From Octopus vulgaris (Eukaryota), in the NCBI GenBank assembly GCA_951406725.2, contig OX597815.1, positions 163,742,001-163,806,000 of the forward strand: a DNA stretch of 64,000 nt, given 5' to 3'. The notes beneath the pieces were generated by a model. It ran no database searches. It was not told the origin of the DNA and saw nothing but the letters and a program-made list of their open reading frames with translations. This document shows positions 14,330-28,256 of this stretch, piece after piece; position 1 is the stretch's first letter; the number at the start of each line of letters is the position of its first letter. Both the position numbers and the translations under genes were made by a program.

Positions 14330-14525
14330 TGACGGCCATGTTCCGCTGAGGAGATTAGAATAAAACTCAAACAATTCCGAGTTGTCCCCCTTGATTACCT
14401 GAGAAATGAAATCAATAATATTCATCATTGACTATTATGGGATTTGAAATCAGAATGTAAAAAATCGGAAGAAAAGCTTTTAGGCACTTTGTCAGATTTT
14501 AATGATTCTGCCAGCTCGCCGCCTT
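14330..14525 (-). mobile_element. Degenerate SINE-B
   Basis: Ends in GATTCTGCCAGCTCGCCGCCTT, the reverse complement of the head. Confidence 0.6.
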
Positions 14526-15155
14526 TTAAGGATGTTAACGCCAATTAAATTATTGCTTTTTCCATGATTCGGCGCCTAAATTATTTAATATTTAAACTCT
14601 TCTGCGTTCATTATTACAGGATGCGGATTAGAAGAGCTAAGCAGTGATGCGCACAAATATAAACTTGTTAACAGTTCAGTTACGCTTGTGACATATTCGA
14701 ACTCGTAAGATAAATATTCACTATAATTTGTCACGGAGGAAAAAATTATCGTTGTAACTAAATAAGTGTAAACACACTGAATCGCTTTGAAGCGCTCTCT
14801 AACCAGACTGATGCATGCATTTCGGAGTGGTTATCTCCTCTTCAGCATCGCACTTTCGGAAAGGAGGCACTACGAACTGACGAGAAACCAGGTCTCATTT
14901 ATTATATTCCACTCAATGCACTGTGACTTGTTGCGTTACGAAATTGTAAAGAAGTGTTATCATCATGAATGCTTTTGCGGTTGCAAGAATAAAATAGGTG
15001 CCAGGCTTTAAAAGAGAAAATTAAATACTACCCTCCATTTCTTCGACTAAGCCCTTCAAGGCGTAACCCAGTATGGCCGTACTTCAGTGACTGAAACGTG
15101 TTATTCTTTAACGTTCTCTTTCACATTATAATTTCTAACCCTTTTCGCATTATCT

Positions 15156-15219
<64 letters not shown>

Positions 15220-15246
15220 CTGCTTTTCACTCTCTCTCTCTCTCTG

Positions 15247-15312
<66 letters not shown>

Positions 15313-15315
15313 ACT

Positions 15316-15348
<33 letters not shown>

Positions 15349-15544
15349 CCTATCTCTCTATCTGCTTTTCTCTATACTTATCTCTCCCTCCATCTTAACA
15401 TATGATATATCCATTCATAAACCAATTAAGGGTATCACATGCTAATAAATACAAATGATTAAAATTCTTCCGAAACAAAATAGTCGATTCAAAGTGTTAT
15501 TTATATTTATATTTACGATAACCGTCAAATGTGAATCTGCTGTA

Positions 15545-15590
<46 letters not shown>

Positions 15591-15621
15591 ATGTAATATG
15601 TGACAATTATTCGCTAGCCAT

Positions 15622-15682
15622 GATAAAACTCCGAGTTTCGGATGCCGAGGTGGAAATCCACGCCGCCATATCTTCAGTTATC
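15622..15682 (-). ncRNA. Type I hammerhead-ribozyme-like motif in a small repeat (15590-15757), Penelope-like context
   Basis: GAUAA-CUGAAGA-[stem II, imperfect at its base]-GAAA-CUCGGAG-UU-UUAUC; stem I closes as GAUAA/UUAUC. Second copy at 63061-63157. Confidence 0.5.
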
Positions 15683-15754
15683 TGGCCATCGGAAAAATAC
15701 CTCTATTTTCTATTTACATAATATCGAGGTCTCTTTCATTCTTTTGTTGTCCTA

Positions 15755-15823
<69 letters not shown>

Positions 15824-16116
15824 CATACATACATATACAGAGTAAACTAAAAGTCACGCACAAATTAAGTTCAGTGCGCTCTGAAATTTTCAAAGACATG
15901 CTTCAAAAATTGAATACAATAAATAGAATATCGATGAATACACATGTATTGATACATGATGAACAAACCCAATAATAATTATTATGTAATATAAATTAAA
16001 TGTCAAATGCTTTGGTGCGTGACTTTGGGCCACTCTCTCTATATATTCTTTTATTCATTTACTTGTTTCAGTCATTTGACTGCGGCCATGCTGGAGCAGC
16101 ATATAATTATTATAGA

Positions 16117-16413
16117 CTAGCAGTGTCGCCCGGCGTTGCTCGGGTATGTAAGGGAAATAACTATATAAGCATTTTTAGAGAGTTATAGCCAAAAAATAGT
16201 AAAAAAATGCATTGAAAATGGAAAAGAAATGATGGTAAATTTTTTTTTAAATCGTAGACTCATCGTAGACGCGCACTAATACCTAGAAGGGCTCGATATG
16301 AATCATGACTATAAGATACCCGGTTTTGGTTAAGCTGCACCGCAAAATGTGAGAGTAGTTAGGAATCTAAATCGTAGGAGACAGACACACAACTTGACTT
16401 TTATATATAAAGA
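16117..16413 (-). mobile_element. Non-autonomous Helitron
   Basis: 5' TCTTTATATATAAAAG, 3' hairpin CCCGAGCAACGCCGGG followed by CTAG, inserted between A and T with no TSD. Confidence 0.9.
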
Positions 16414-16780
16414 TGTATTATAGTCATGCTATTTAGTTAAGTTTAGTTTCGGACTGGAAGCCCAATTAGCCCTCAGCAGAAGGTAGTTAGTACTAAATAT
16501 ATCTCATTTCAGGATTATAACTTTTCATATGGTTCTATTATTCATATATTCTTCAACTTGTTTTTGTCAGTGGACCTCTAGCATGTTCTGACACAGTCTT
16601 GAAATCCTTAGTCGACCAAATCGATCGTAGTATAATGTTTGTTTTTTTTGAATTGGTTCTTTATCTGGCTCATTTGTTTAACTGCTAATTAGGGAGACAA
16701 AAACAAACCAACAGCGGTTGTGAACAGGTGTTGGAGAAACGACAAAAAAACAGAGATGCGCACAAGCATAAGCATATCTA

Positions 16781-16848
<68 letters not shown>

Positions 16849-16928
16849 AAATTATCTAACTCTTTTTCTCTCTATCAATCTATCTATCTATCAAACTATT
16901 AAGCTACTGATCTGTCTGTCTATGTATG

Positions 16929-16962
<34 letters not shown>

Positions 16963-16969
16963 TGAATGA

Positions 16970-17015
<46 letters not shown>

Positions 17016-17688
17016 TTATCTTTCTATCAGTCTATCATTCTATCTGTATCTCTACCTATCCAGCTATCTATTTATCTATCTATTTATCTACCTATATGTA
17101 GATATGTACGTATGTATATGTATATATACTAACACACTGCAATCTTCAACACAGTTTCAATCTACCAAATCCACTTGAGAGGTATTGTTCATCTCGGGTT
17201 CATGTAGAAGATACATACCCAAAATGCCCCACGTGGCTGCGAACCGAAGCTTCTAACAGCTGGTAAGAAAGGTTGTTTGCAACCGAAACCTGACCTCTAC
17301 ATCCTCAGGTTAAAGGTAGCAGAAAAATCCTCAGGTGTGAAGGGAACAGAAGGAAGGAAGTTCAAATACCAACAAAGCGAAACAAAAATTGCATTAGGAG
17401 AATCAGAGACCAGAGTGTGATATATATCAACCACTTTCTGAGGCTGTAAATTTGTGTAATTTCAAATAGATTTGGTTGTCATTTCTAGCTGATAATTCGA
17501 CCACATACAGGCTTTATTGTTGGATAGTAACAGTTGTTGTGGTTGTGGTGCTAATGTTAGTGGTGCTGGGCTTTGGTGGTGGTAATGGTTGTAGCAGTCT
17601 TGGTGGTGTTGGTGGTGATGGCAGTGGTGATGTTAAACCAAAATATACTTTACTCTTACTACCCACATTTGCAAGAATACATGCCTTG

Positions 17689-17737
<49 letters not shown>

Positions 17738-18263
17738 GGTGTGTGTGCGTACGTATGTGTGCGTGCGCATCTGTCTGCGTTACCATGTCAGATGTAAGTG
17801 TATGCTTTTCATCATGCAATATTGATGACAATCTCTTATATTGAGAACAAACCAACCTGTCTCCAGTACTCGACAATAAATGCAAAAATGATATTAGTCA
17901 CCGAATTATATGGGTTTTCCCCAGACTCTAATCGCTTATATTTATCTTTAGTTTTTCAATTACTGAGTGTTAATTATTGTTTCACCTACTTACATATCAT
18001 TTTATCATGGGTATGGCGTCTTAGAATTTCTTTTTAAATTTTACGACATTCTGTTCCCCTATGCCTGCAAAATAAGGTATCTGATTATTAAATTAGAAAT
18101 TCTTTCGCTAACATTTTGACAAGTTATGGCAATGCTAAACTTCTGTAGACGTCTATAGATGATAACAAAAATGGCTTAAGCATGTTTGAAGTTGTTTCCT
18201 CTATTGAAAATAATGAATAAAATATCAGTCCTCAGCTAATAATGATTTCAGATTTTGGCACAA

Positions 18264-18264
<1 letters not shown>

Positions 18265-18340
<76 letters not shown>

Positions 18341-18370
18341 TGATGATGATGATGATAATAATAATAATAA
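18265..18370 (+). repeat. (AAT)n/(GAT)n microsatellite; the tract resumes at 18931-19043 and 20729-20836
   Basis: Read directly from the sequence. Confidence 0.95.
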
Positions 18371-18371
18371 A

Positions 18372-18930
18372 TGCCCTGATGCAAGTACCAGACAGTGGCT
18401 CTCATGGCTCCTGATCTTAACTGATTGGAAGTGCTATCATGTACATTGTTTTGTCTTGGTATAAAAGATAGGCTACAGCAAATATTCTGCTCAATACCAC
18501 ACATTTGCTTGTCAGTTGTTTGACCTTAACCAATTGACCATGTCCCTTAGTAGCTGACGATATGTGCATCTCTGATCACAAGCAGAAGTAGTTGGTGGAA
18601 GCATCATAGCCATGTATTGAGAAGGAATTCTTAGAAATTTGGATAATTCACCTTTGGAAATGTGGGTGGTTCGTTCAGCATCCTTAAACAATTCTTATTT
18701 AGGGACCTTTTGAGCGGGTGGGGCTACTCGACCAGAATAAAATTCTAACTGGGCCCCACCCGCAAGGTCATGTGCTGTTTATCTTGATATGAGATCACCA
18801 TGTCGTGCACATATGGTTGTAATGCATGTGCCTGGTGCACCCTTATCAGACGGGTAGCCATGATGAGTATACTGGGCTTCGTATATTTTACCCCAGTGTC
18901 ACTTTGATGGCTTGCAATGCTCTCTCACTC
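18372..18930 (+). mobile_element. ~560-bp non-coding element embedded in (AAT)n
   Basis: Homologous copy with the same ends at 50192-50747 (opposite strand), also flanked by TAA repeats on both sides. Strand is assumed from the (AAT)n orientation. Confidence 0.85.
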
Positions 18931-18945
18931 AATAATAATAATAAC

Positions 18946-18995
<50 letters not shown>

Positions 18996-19044
18996 TAATA
19001 ATAATAATAATAATAATAATGATAATAATAATAATAATAATAAA

Positions 19045-19212
19045 TAGAAGTCACTACAGCACCAACGGCAGAAGAATATAGAAGTCACTGCAGCACCAAC
19101 GGCAGAAGAATATAGAAGTCACTGCAGCACCAACGGCAGAAGAATATAGAAGTCACTGCAGCACCAACGGCAGAAGAATATAGAAGTCACTGCAGCACCA
19201 ACGGCAGAAGAA
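19045..19212 (+). repeat. Five tandem copies of a 34-bp unit at the 5' junction of the RLE element
   Basis: AGAAGTCACTGCAGCACCAACGGCAGAAGAATAT starting at 19046, 19080, 19114, 19148 and 19182. Confidence 0.95.
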
Positions 19213-19430
19213 TTGGAAGAATTCTGGGGAGAAATATGGTCGGCGAACGAACCACCAAAAAAAAGGAGTATCAAAATAACAAACTCGGCATCTGAACAAA
19301 CTTGGACCCCCATAACAACTGAAGAGGTCACCCAGGCACTGCAAAGACTAAGCAACTGGAAGGCACCTGGGCATGACAAGATCCCCAACTTCTGGTTGAA
19401 ATATCTAACAGGAATGCACAAAAGCTGGCT

Positions 19431-20624
19431 GTTATAAGTTACAGCTACAATATCCTTAACTGGACACGAAATGAACTGACCAAAATAGACAGGAAAACAA
19501 GAAAAATAATGACAGGATCTAGGATGCATCACCCAAAATCTGACATAGAAAGACTATATATACAACGTATAGAAGGTGGTAGAGGCCTTATACAGCTGGA
19601 AAACTACTATAAAATAACCACCATAGGACTGCAAAAATATCTACTTCAGAAGGAAGGAAAACTGATCCAGATAGCGGCAAAACACGAGCAAAACAAAAAA
19701 CTGTTCTCAGTATTTAAGGAAGCTGACAAATACAAACAAGAAATCATACCACCTAATAAACATGAAGAAGAAGAAGAAGATGAAGAAACAACAAAAGCTA
19801 TAAAAAAAATGAAATCCAAACTAAAAATAGAACAGCAAAGAACCATGATAAAACGATGGCAAGAAAAGCCCCTTCATGGTAAATACTGGACTAAACTAAA
19901 CGCAAAAGAAATAGACAAAGAAAAATCCCAGCAATGGTTGAGAAGCTCAGGACTCAAAGCAGAAACAGAGGGATTTTTAATTGCAGCACAAGACCAAAGC
20001 CTCCCCACCAGAAATTACCAAAAACATGTAATGAAAAGAAATATTACAAGTAACTGCAGAATATGTGGAGATGGACAAGAAACAATAAATCATATTATCT
20101 CTAGCTGCCCAGTCCTGGCTAAGAAGGAATATATTCACAGACATGACAGAGTTGGAACTTACATACATTGGAAGCTATGCCAACATTATGGAATAGCAAC
20201 AGAAAAAAGATGGTATAGGCACACACCAGAAAAGGTCACAGAAAACGAGAAAGCAACCATACTCTGGGATATGCCGATACACACAGATAGAGAAATTAAG
20301 GCCAACAGACCAGATATAGTTGTCAGAGACCATGAAGAAAAAAAATGCTTTCTAATTGATGTATCAGTACCGGCAGATGACAACGTGTCTCTAAAAGAAA
20401 TGGAGAAACTCTCAAAATACAAAGACCTGGAAATAGAGGTAACTAGAATGTGGAATCTGAAAACAGAAACAATTCCTATCATAGTAGGTGCATTAGGCAT
20501 GATAAAAAAATATTCAGACAAATACATAACAAAAACACCAGGACTTACAAACACATATAACATACAGAAAATTGCACTACTGGGCACTGCACACATCCTA
20601 CGCAGAACACTTTCCATACAATAA
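19431..20624 (+). pseudogene. C-terminal ORF of the R4/Dong-like element: RT thumb, CCHC knuckle, PD-(D/E)xK endonuclease
   Basis: CRICGDGQETINHIISSC, RHD, RPDIVV...LIDVSVP...EKLSKYKDL; open frame contains supplied ORF 19509..20624. Confidence 0.9.
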
Positions 20625-20724
20625 CCATCAGAGCATCACAACAAATCACAGCACAAACCCAAGGCACACAGAGCTGTGCTCGGTAGTGAAGTGAAAGCAC
20701 GCTATAAAAATAAAAATAAAACTA

Positions 20725-21911
<1,187 letters not shown>

Positions 21912-21925
21912 AATAATAATAATAA

Positions 21926-22357
21926 TCCTTTCTACTATAGGCAAAAGGCCTAAAATTTTGGGAGGGGAGAAGTCGATTACATCGACCCCAGTGCTTAACT
22001 GGTACTTATTTGATCGACCGCGAAAGGTTGAAAGACAAATGTTACCTCTGCGAAATTTGAATTCAGAATGTAAAGATGGACGATATGCCGCTAAGCACAT
22101 TGCCCAGTATGCTAACGATTCTGCCATGTACTACCTTACAAAATAATAATCCTTTCTACCATTGGCACGAGGCCTGAAATTTGGGGGAGGGAGATAGTCG
22201 CTTAAATCTATCCCAGTACTCAACTGCTACTTATTTTATCGAAAAGATGAAAGGCAAAGTCTTCCTCGGCGGAAATTGAACTCAGAACTTAAGGACGAAA
22301 GAAATGTCGCTAAGCATTTTGCCCTGCGTGCTAACGATTCTGCCAGTTCGCCGCCTT
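21926..22357 (-). mobile_element. Two tandem short-tail SINE-B copies
   Basis: Reverse-complement cores and heads at ~21926-22130 and ~22150-22357. Confidence 0.8.
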
Positions 22358-22865
22358 CGGAGGTGAGGGTAGGGATTAATAATAGCATGCATTGGGTCTT
22401 CCGCTGTTTGATGAGAGATGTAGTCGTACGATGTGAGAAGATTCTGCTGGATGACTTGAACAATGGATTTAACGTTGTACGAAGGAATAATAAATGGAGC
22501 TGACGTTCGGTCCAACAGTGTAATTCGGAACGTAGGCATTGAACACCGGGGATTAACAGCCTTGAAGGACCACGGTATACAACCATAGTTATATAATGAA
22601 TATTAATAAATAATACCAATCGCTATCTGTATCATCTGTATTGTTTGTCATGAAGAGGATGGGAGTTGTCTTGGAGAATGGAGGATTATAGTTTTTCGAG
22701 TCTTGCCTTGAACATTTGTCTTTGATGTTGTTCTCAGGATTGATAAAACAACTGAGATAACGATGTTTCGCAGATTCCCAGCTGAGACTCATTACTTTTT
22801 AATCTTTTCTGTTTGCGAATTAACACAGGAGCCCCTTCGTAGCCGCTCGAATTCTAAAATTAGTT

Positions 22866-23154
22866 GACAAATATTGTCTTAAATATACTACTTAGACAAA
22901 TATTGTCTTAAATATACTACGTAGACAAATGTTGTCTTAAATATACTACGTAGACAAATATTGTCTTAAATATACTACGTAGACAAATGTTGTCTTAAAT
23001 ATACTACGTAGACAAATATTGTCTTAAATATACTACGTAGACAAATGTTGTCTTAAACATACTACGTAGACAAATATTGTCTTAAATATACTACGTAGAC
23101 AAATGTTGTCTTAAATATACTACGTAGACAAATGTTGTCTTAAATATACTACGT
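22866..23154. repeat. 29-bp minisatellite, 10 copies
   Basis: Unit GACAAAT(A/G)TTGTCTTAAATATACTACGTA, no spacers. Confidence 0.95.
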
Positions 23155-23181
23155 TTGACGAATAAATGCCTTCGATCAAAG

Positions 23182-23835
23182 CAGTGGTTCTCAACCGAGG
23201 TCCACATGACTTTTAGGGGTCCATATAAGATTTTGTTGTTAAAATATTGTGCTGCAAATTGGTTATACTTCTACAGTGTTCAAAATATGTTAACAATGTT
23301 TTTTATACGATTCCTAATCTCTCTGTATATAAAGCTGAAGTTGTCTGTGTATAGCAGGTTTAGTAGCCTTCAACTAACCTTATCGCCTCCGAGATCCTGC
23401 GGCGCAAGTTGACCAAAATTGAGATTATGATAGAAGAAGACTTGCTCTTCATTCCGTAGAAGAAAAAATTCAAATCAGACCATTTTAACACTAAAAATTA
23501 TTTACATCAAAAAGGTGCTTTTTTTCTATGAAAATCCCTATTTTTTTACGATGTTTTGACTGCTCTGTCGTCATTTTTCGGTGTATTTCAACCAGAAAAA
23601 TGTTCACTAAAAGCGAATAACAACCTACATGATGCAAAACTTTTACTTTTCAAAAATTCCAATTCTAAAGGGTCGAAAAGAAAAACAAGCCCGAGCAACG
23701 CGGGGCTATACTGCTAGTAATATTTAATTATAAAAATATACCGGGATTTTTTAAAAAGCCAAATGGTTGTGAGGGCATTGTTCACTCGTGTAAAATAGGA
23801 GTCGAAAGGGTCAATTGGTAAAAAGTAGTTGAGCT
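23182..23835. mobile_element. hAT (Charlie-like) MITE remnant interrupted by a Helitron
   Basis: Left end CAGTGGTTCTCAAC; degenerate right end ...AGTAGTTGAG. Confidence 0.5.
23318..23717 (+). mobile_element. Non-autonomous Helitron, second subfamily
   Basis: A|TCTCTCTGTATATAAAGCTGAAGTTG...AGCCCGAGCAACGCGGGGCT hairpin, ATACTGCTAG|T. Confidence 0.85.
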
Positions 23836-24997
23836 CTAGATTAAAGGTCTGCCTCATTAGGAATAACCCGAGGGAGCCAAAAGAATAACAGTTGTTTCTG
23901 TTTATTTATTTCCGTTCTGTTATCACACGGTTTAGCAAAATCTATAATATTATTTTTATTAGTTGTAATTTCATTCACCTCAGATGAGGTATCATGCCCC
24001 AAACCTCAAGAAATCTTATCTTCTTCATTAAAGAAAGAAATCAAAACTTAATCCATTTCATGAGCTGTTTGTATTTATTATTTACCGAAACAGGCATAAC
24101 TAGTTTCTTTGTCTTCAACTTTTTTCACTTTCTCTTTTATCAACATATATGGTTTTTTAATGGCTACGTTACATGGACTGCTTGCACAGAGAAAACCAAC
24201 AAAATCTCAGGGCTGTCATTTTCAATTACAATTTTGGCTGGCGATGGAGCCATTTTTTTTATCTACTTTGACTTGAGATATCTTACTAACTGCCCACTGT
24301 ATTGTTTCACCTTTGTCTTTTAAATTCGTTTGTGTCATGTTTATAGTATATCTTCCTCACATTATTTTGTACAATATTGTTGTATTGCTGACAGTTTCAT
24401 TACTTTGTTACACAGCTGACATGCACTTTCTGGCTTCAAGTTTCACTTTAACACGTTTTTTTTCCCTTTAATTATTTGCTCTTGTTTAACCATAATCTGC
24501 TTTTCTGTGTCACTCTTTACGCATGCATCTTTCAGTTAATCCATTGGTTTTATGTACCCAGTATTTGTCTTCTTCGTTGCTCGAATAATTTCATGTTACT
24601 TTTCTTCCCAACTTGACCTCTCCAGTCCAATAATTGTCTAGTTTACTGGTTGTTGTTTTTTATTATTACATTGAACAACCTCTGCCTTATAGCTTTCTTT
24701 GTTTATGTAGTCTATTAACATTGCTTCATTGCTGAAACATTGTGCAATGCTAACAACTTTCTTGTACGTCTGTTCAATTCATTTTGTTCTTCAAATGAAA
24801 TAAAGACTACAGAATATCTCAATATCGCAATTTCCCAGATATTGATCCCTTTAATCATGTTCCTTACAATTAGTTTTACCTTTTACCATTCCTAACTCTC
24901 CTCTAATATTTACAACCAATATTATTTTAATTTCACTGCCTCCTCTTATAATACAAGCACAGGCTCCATCTGCTAGATATAATGAGCAAATATTCCG

Positions 24998-25240
24998 AAG
25001 GTAGCGAGCTGCTGGAATCATTAGCAACGCCGGACGAAATGCTTGGTGGCATTTTGTCCGTCTTTACGTCCTGAGTTCAAATTCTGCCGAGGTTGACTTC
25101 GCTTTCATTCTTTCAAAGTCGATAAAATAATTACCACCCGAAATGATAAGAAGCAATTTGAACGCAGAACATAAAGACGGACGAAATGTTGCTAAGCATT
25201 TTGTCCGGCGTGCTAACGATTCTGCCAACACGCCCGCCAT
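24998..25240. mobile_element. Two SINE-B 5' halves joined tail to tail
   Basis: Plus-strand head and core at 24998-25135; minus-strand head at ~25150-25240. Confidence 0.7.
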
Positions 25241-25500
25241 ATATACAGGAATAACATTGAAAAAATTAATCTTTTGAGAAACTAAAACTTGTTTCAAGGA
25301 GAGCAGAAAGGATACAGCAACTGCGCTTATGGCTGTTACGATCAAGTAATGTTCAAGAAAACTATAATCGAAGTTTGTGTTAAAGGAGAAAGAGGATTAC
25401 AAGCATGGCGTGGGCGGGATTAAGGCCCATAGATGCCCTAAGCACTTAAAACATTTTGGTGTCCCCATATAGGTGTAATTTAAAATATAAAAAATAATAA

Positions 25501-25925
25501 GGCGTAGGAGTGGCTGTGTGGTAAGTAGCTTGTTTAAGAAACACATGGTTTTGGGTTCAGTCCCACTGCGTGGCACCTTGGGCAAGTGTCTTCTACTATA
25601 GCCTCGGGCCGACCAAAGCCTTGTGAGTGGATTTGGTAGACGGAAACTGAAAGGAGCCCTTCGTATATATGTATAAATATATGTATGTGCGTGTGTGTGT
25701 GTATACGTTTGTGTGTCTGCGTTTGTCCCCCACCCCAACATCGCTTGACAACCGATGCTGGTGTGTTTACGTCCCCGTAACTTAGCGGTTCGGTAAAAGA
25801 GACCGATAGAATAAGTACGAGGCTTACAAGGAATAAGTCCTGGGGTCGATTTGCTCGACTAAAGGCGGTGCTCCGTCATGGCCACAGTCAAATGACTGAA
25901 ACAAGTAAAAGAGTAAAAGGGTAAA
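25501..25925 (+). mobile_element. SINE-C, full length
   Basis: GGCGTAGGAGTGGCTGTGTGGTAAGTAGC head, CORE-like CACCTTGGGCAAGTG, internal microsatellite, (GTAAAAGA) tail. Confidence 0.9.
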
Positions 25926-26019
25926 CCATAAAATAAATCTCTATTTTCTAAAATGAAACAAAACTAACAGTAAGATGGAAAATGTTTATTTTTTGTATAC
26001 TTCTACTAAAATGTTTGAA

Positions 26020-26140
26020 AACTTTTCTCCTTCGCTGCAAAGTTTTTGATCAAACTCTCAAAATAAATCTTACGTTATACATATGCTTCTATACTTTGTA
26101 GAGAGAAGGCATCCCGAATATTATTTTAGCAAGTGATTCT
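26020..26140 (-). pseudogene. Possible hAT transposase C-terminal (dimerisation domain) relic
   Basis: Manual translation LSLQSIEAYV*RKIYFESLIKNF; a GC-rich hAT-like end lies near 25405-25470. Weak similarity only. Confidence 0.3.
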
Positions 26141-26272
26141 TTTTTGTACTGTAAACCATTTACCATTTCCATGGTGCTCTTCTTTCGTTGATGCTCTAAG
26201 CACGAGCGATTCTTGATACCTACGATTAGAGTTTGAGCAATCTGTTCATGCACACTTTTAGTTTATGAACAA

Positions 26273-26671
26273 CTAGCAGTATCGCCCGGCGTTGTTCGGG
26301 TTTGTAAGGGAAATAGCTATATAAGCATTTTTAGAGAGTTATAGCCAAAAAAATAGCAAAAAAATGCATTAAAGATGGAAAAAAAATTATGGTAAATTTT
26401 TTTTTAAATCGTTGACTCATCGTAGACATTTCTAGAGAGTTACTTCCCTTATATAATAGCGAAAAAATGCATTAAAATGGAAAAAAAATGATGGTAATTT
26501 TTTTTTAAATCGTAGACTCATCGTAGAAGCGCGCTAATACCCAGAAGGGCTCGATATGAATCACGACTATAAGATACCCGGTTTTGGTTAAACTGCACCG
26601 CAAAATGTGGGAGTAGTTAGGAATCTAAATCGTAGGAGACAGACACACAACCTCACTTTTATATATAAAGA
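26273..26671 (-). mobile_element. Non-autonomous Helitron with an internal duplication
   Basis: Same TC...hairpin-CTAG ends as 16117-16413; the AAAAAATGCATT...CTCATCGTAGA block occurs twice. Confidence 0.9.
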
Positions 26672-27499
26672 TTTCTCAAAGCGCTTGAACTGCCATTGCT
26701 ACAGTGGTTATTACTTATTTAGAGTGAACACTACAGGTATTTTACAGTTATCCAACAAACGAACCAGTCCGAGATGTTTGGAACGTTCAACATTTAGTGT
26801 TCGATGTTCGTGCATTGTTGACTTGGCTTAAATCGAAAAGCTGTTGGCATATGCTGTAATGATTCGGCGCTTAACAAAGCCTACCGTGAAAATCGAATCA
26901 CTGCGTCTCTTTGGCAAGTAAGAACAAGTATCTTTCCTCTATTTGGTAACTGAGGCAAAGAAATTATATGGCGGGAGCGGTTGAAAGGTTTAAGGAAAGA
27001 GATATTCTTCCCGGACGAAGCCTTCATCAACCTCCCCGAGTAGCACTTGAAGAGGAAGATGAAGGCAGTTAGAAGACACTTCTCAACGGTAAACTTACGA
27101 AAGATGGATGCTAATGAGAATATTAGTAACAAGGACTGACTGAAGGTACTTGCATTTGATGAATCAGGGTAATCCGGCTTGTGTATGTGGTACCACGAAA
27201 GACTCAAGGTTCTCAATATGGTTTCCTCTCACTCTCTTTTGGAGTATGTAAGAAGAGAAGCTACAAAACTACTACCTCAATAACAGATACAGGGAAGCAA
27301 AAATAGATTTTAAATGCTCCAGGAAGAATGTACGAGAAGATTCATGCCTTTCGCAAGATTATCCGTGTAACGAATAATCTAAGTACAGTAATATTCAACT
27401 GAGCTAAATGGTGCCTTGTCCAACTCTCATTTGTCTAGAATTTACAACCCACGCTATAAAGATATTGTCATTTTCATTTCAACCTGTATTAAGACTTAG

Positions 27500-28256
27500 C
27501 AGCATCATCACCAACGTAGTCAGCAACAACAATAACATCATAACCATAAGCTTCTCTGTTACCACTATTATCATCGTTGCAAACTTAGACAAGATGACGG
27601 ACCCACTTGGTAACTACGACACCAACAATAACAACAGTAACATTTTCAGCAACGTTATCGTTGTGGTTGTAGACGCCATCATCATTAAAACACCCACACC
27701 ACCGCCTCCGTTATTTTCCTTAACGTCATCGAAAGCCATCGACATCGTTGTCGCCACCGCCGTCGTCAACGTCAATGTCGTCAGCGTCATCATCGCCATC
27801 ATCACCATCATCACCATCTTTTTCGCTATTGCCACTAACATCACTACCACTCCACTAATACCACCTTTACTACAAGCTCAACTATCACCACTCCTCCCTG
27901 CTCCTCCTTCCCTTCCACACACCCACCTCCTCTTCTACATCCTCCTCTTCCACATCCTCTTCTTCAACTTCCTTTTCTTCCACATCATCTTCCACCTCCT
28001 CCGCCACTGTCTCCTCCTTCTCCGCCGCCCTCTCCTCCTTCTCCTCCTTCTCCGCCGCCCTCTCCTCCTTCTCCGCCGCCCTCTCCTCCTTCTCCGCCGC
28101 CCTCTCCTCCTTCTACGCCGTCCTCTCCTCCTTTCCTCCTCCGCCGTCCTCTCCTCTTTTTCCTCCTCCGCCGTCTTCTCCTCTTCGTTCATCATCCTCA
28201 TCATTACCGTCACCGCCAGCGTCAGCGTCACCGCTATCATTGTCATTATAATCATC
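27500..28256. repeat. Low-complexity triplet-rich tract with 21-bp CTCCGCCGCCCTCTCCTCCTT repeats
   Basis: Read directly; accounts for the spurious 283-aa ORF. Confidence 0.8.

Noticed and set aside
19045-19212. 34-bp repeats as a CRISPR array
   Set aside because: Head-to-tail without spacers and continuous with retrotransposon coding sequence.
22360-22790. Possible LTR-retrotransposon integrase tail (GPFK-like motif, minus strand)
   Set aside because: One short motif only; cannot be supported without BLASTX.
22866-23154. CRISPR-like palindromic 29-bp repeats
   Set aside because: No spacers, no cas genes, eukaryotic context; it is a minisatellite.
24000-24950. Coding-like AT-rich stretch on the minus strand
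   Set aside because: Many stops and no recognisable motif; may be an old transposase but unsupported.
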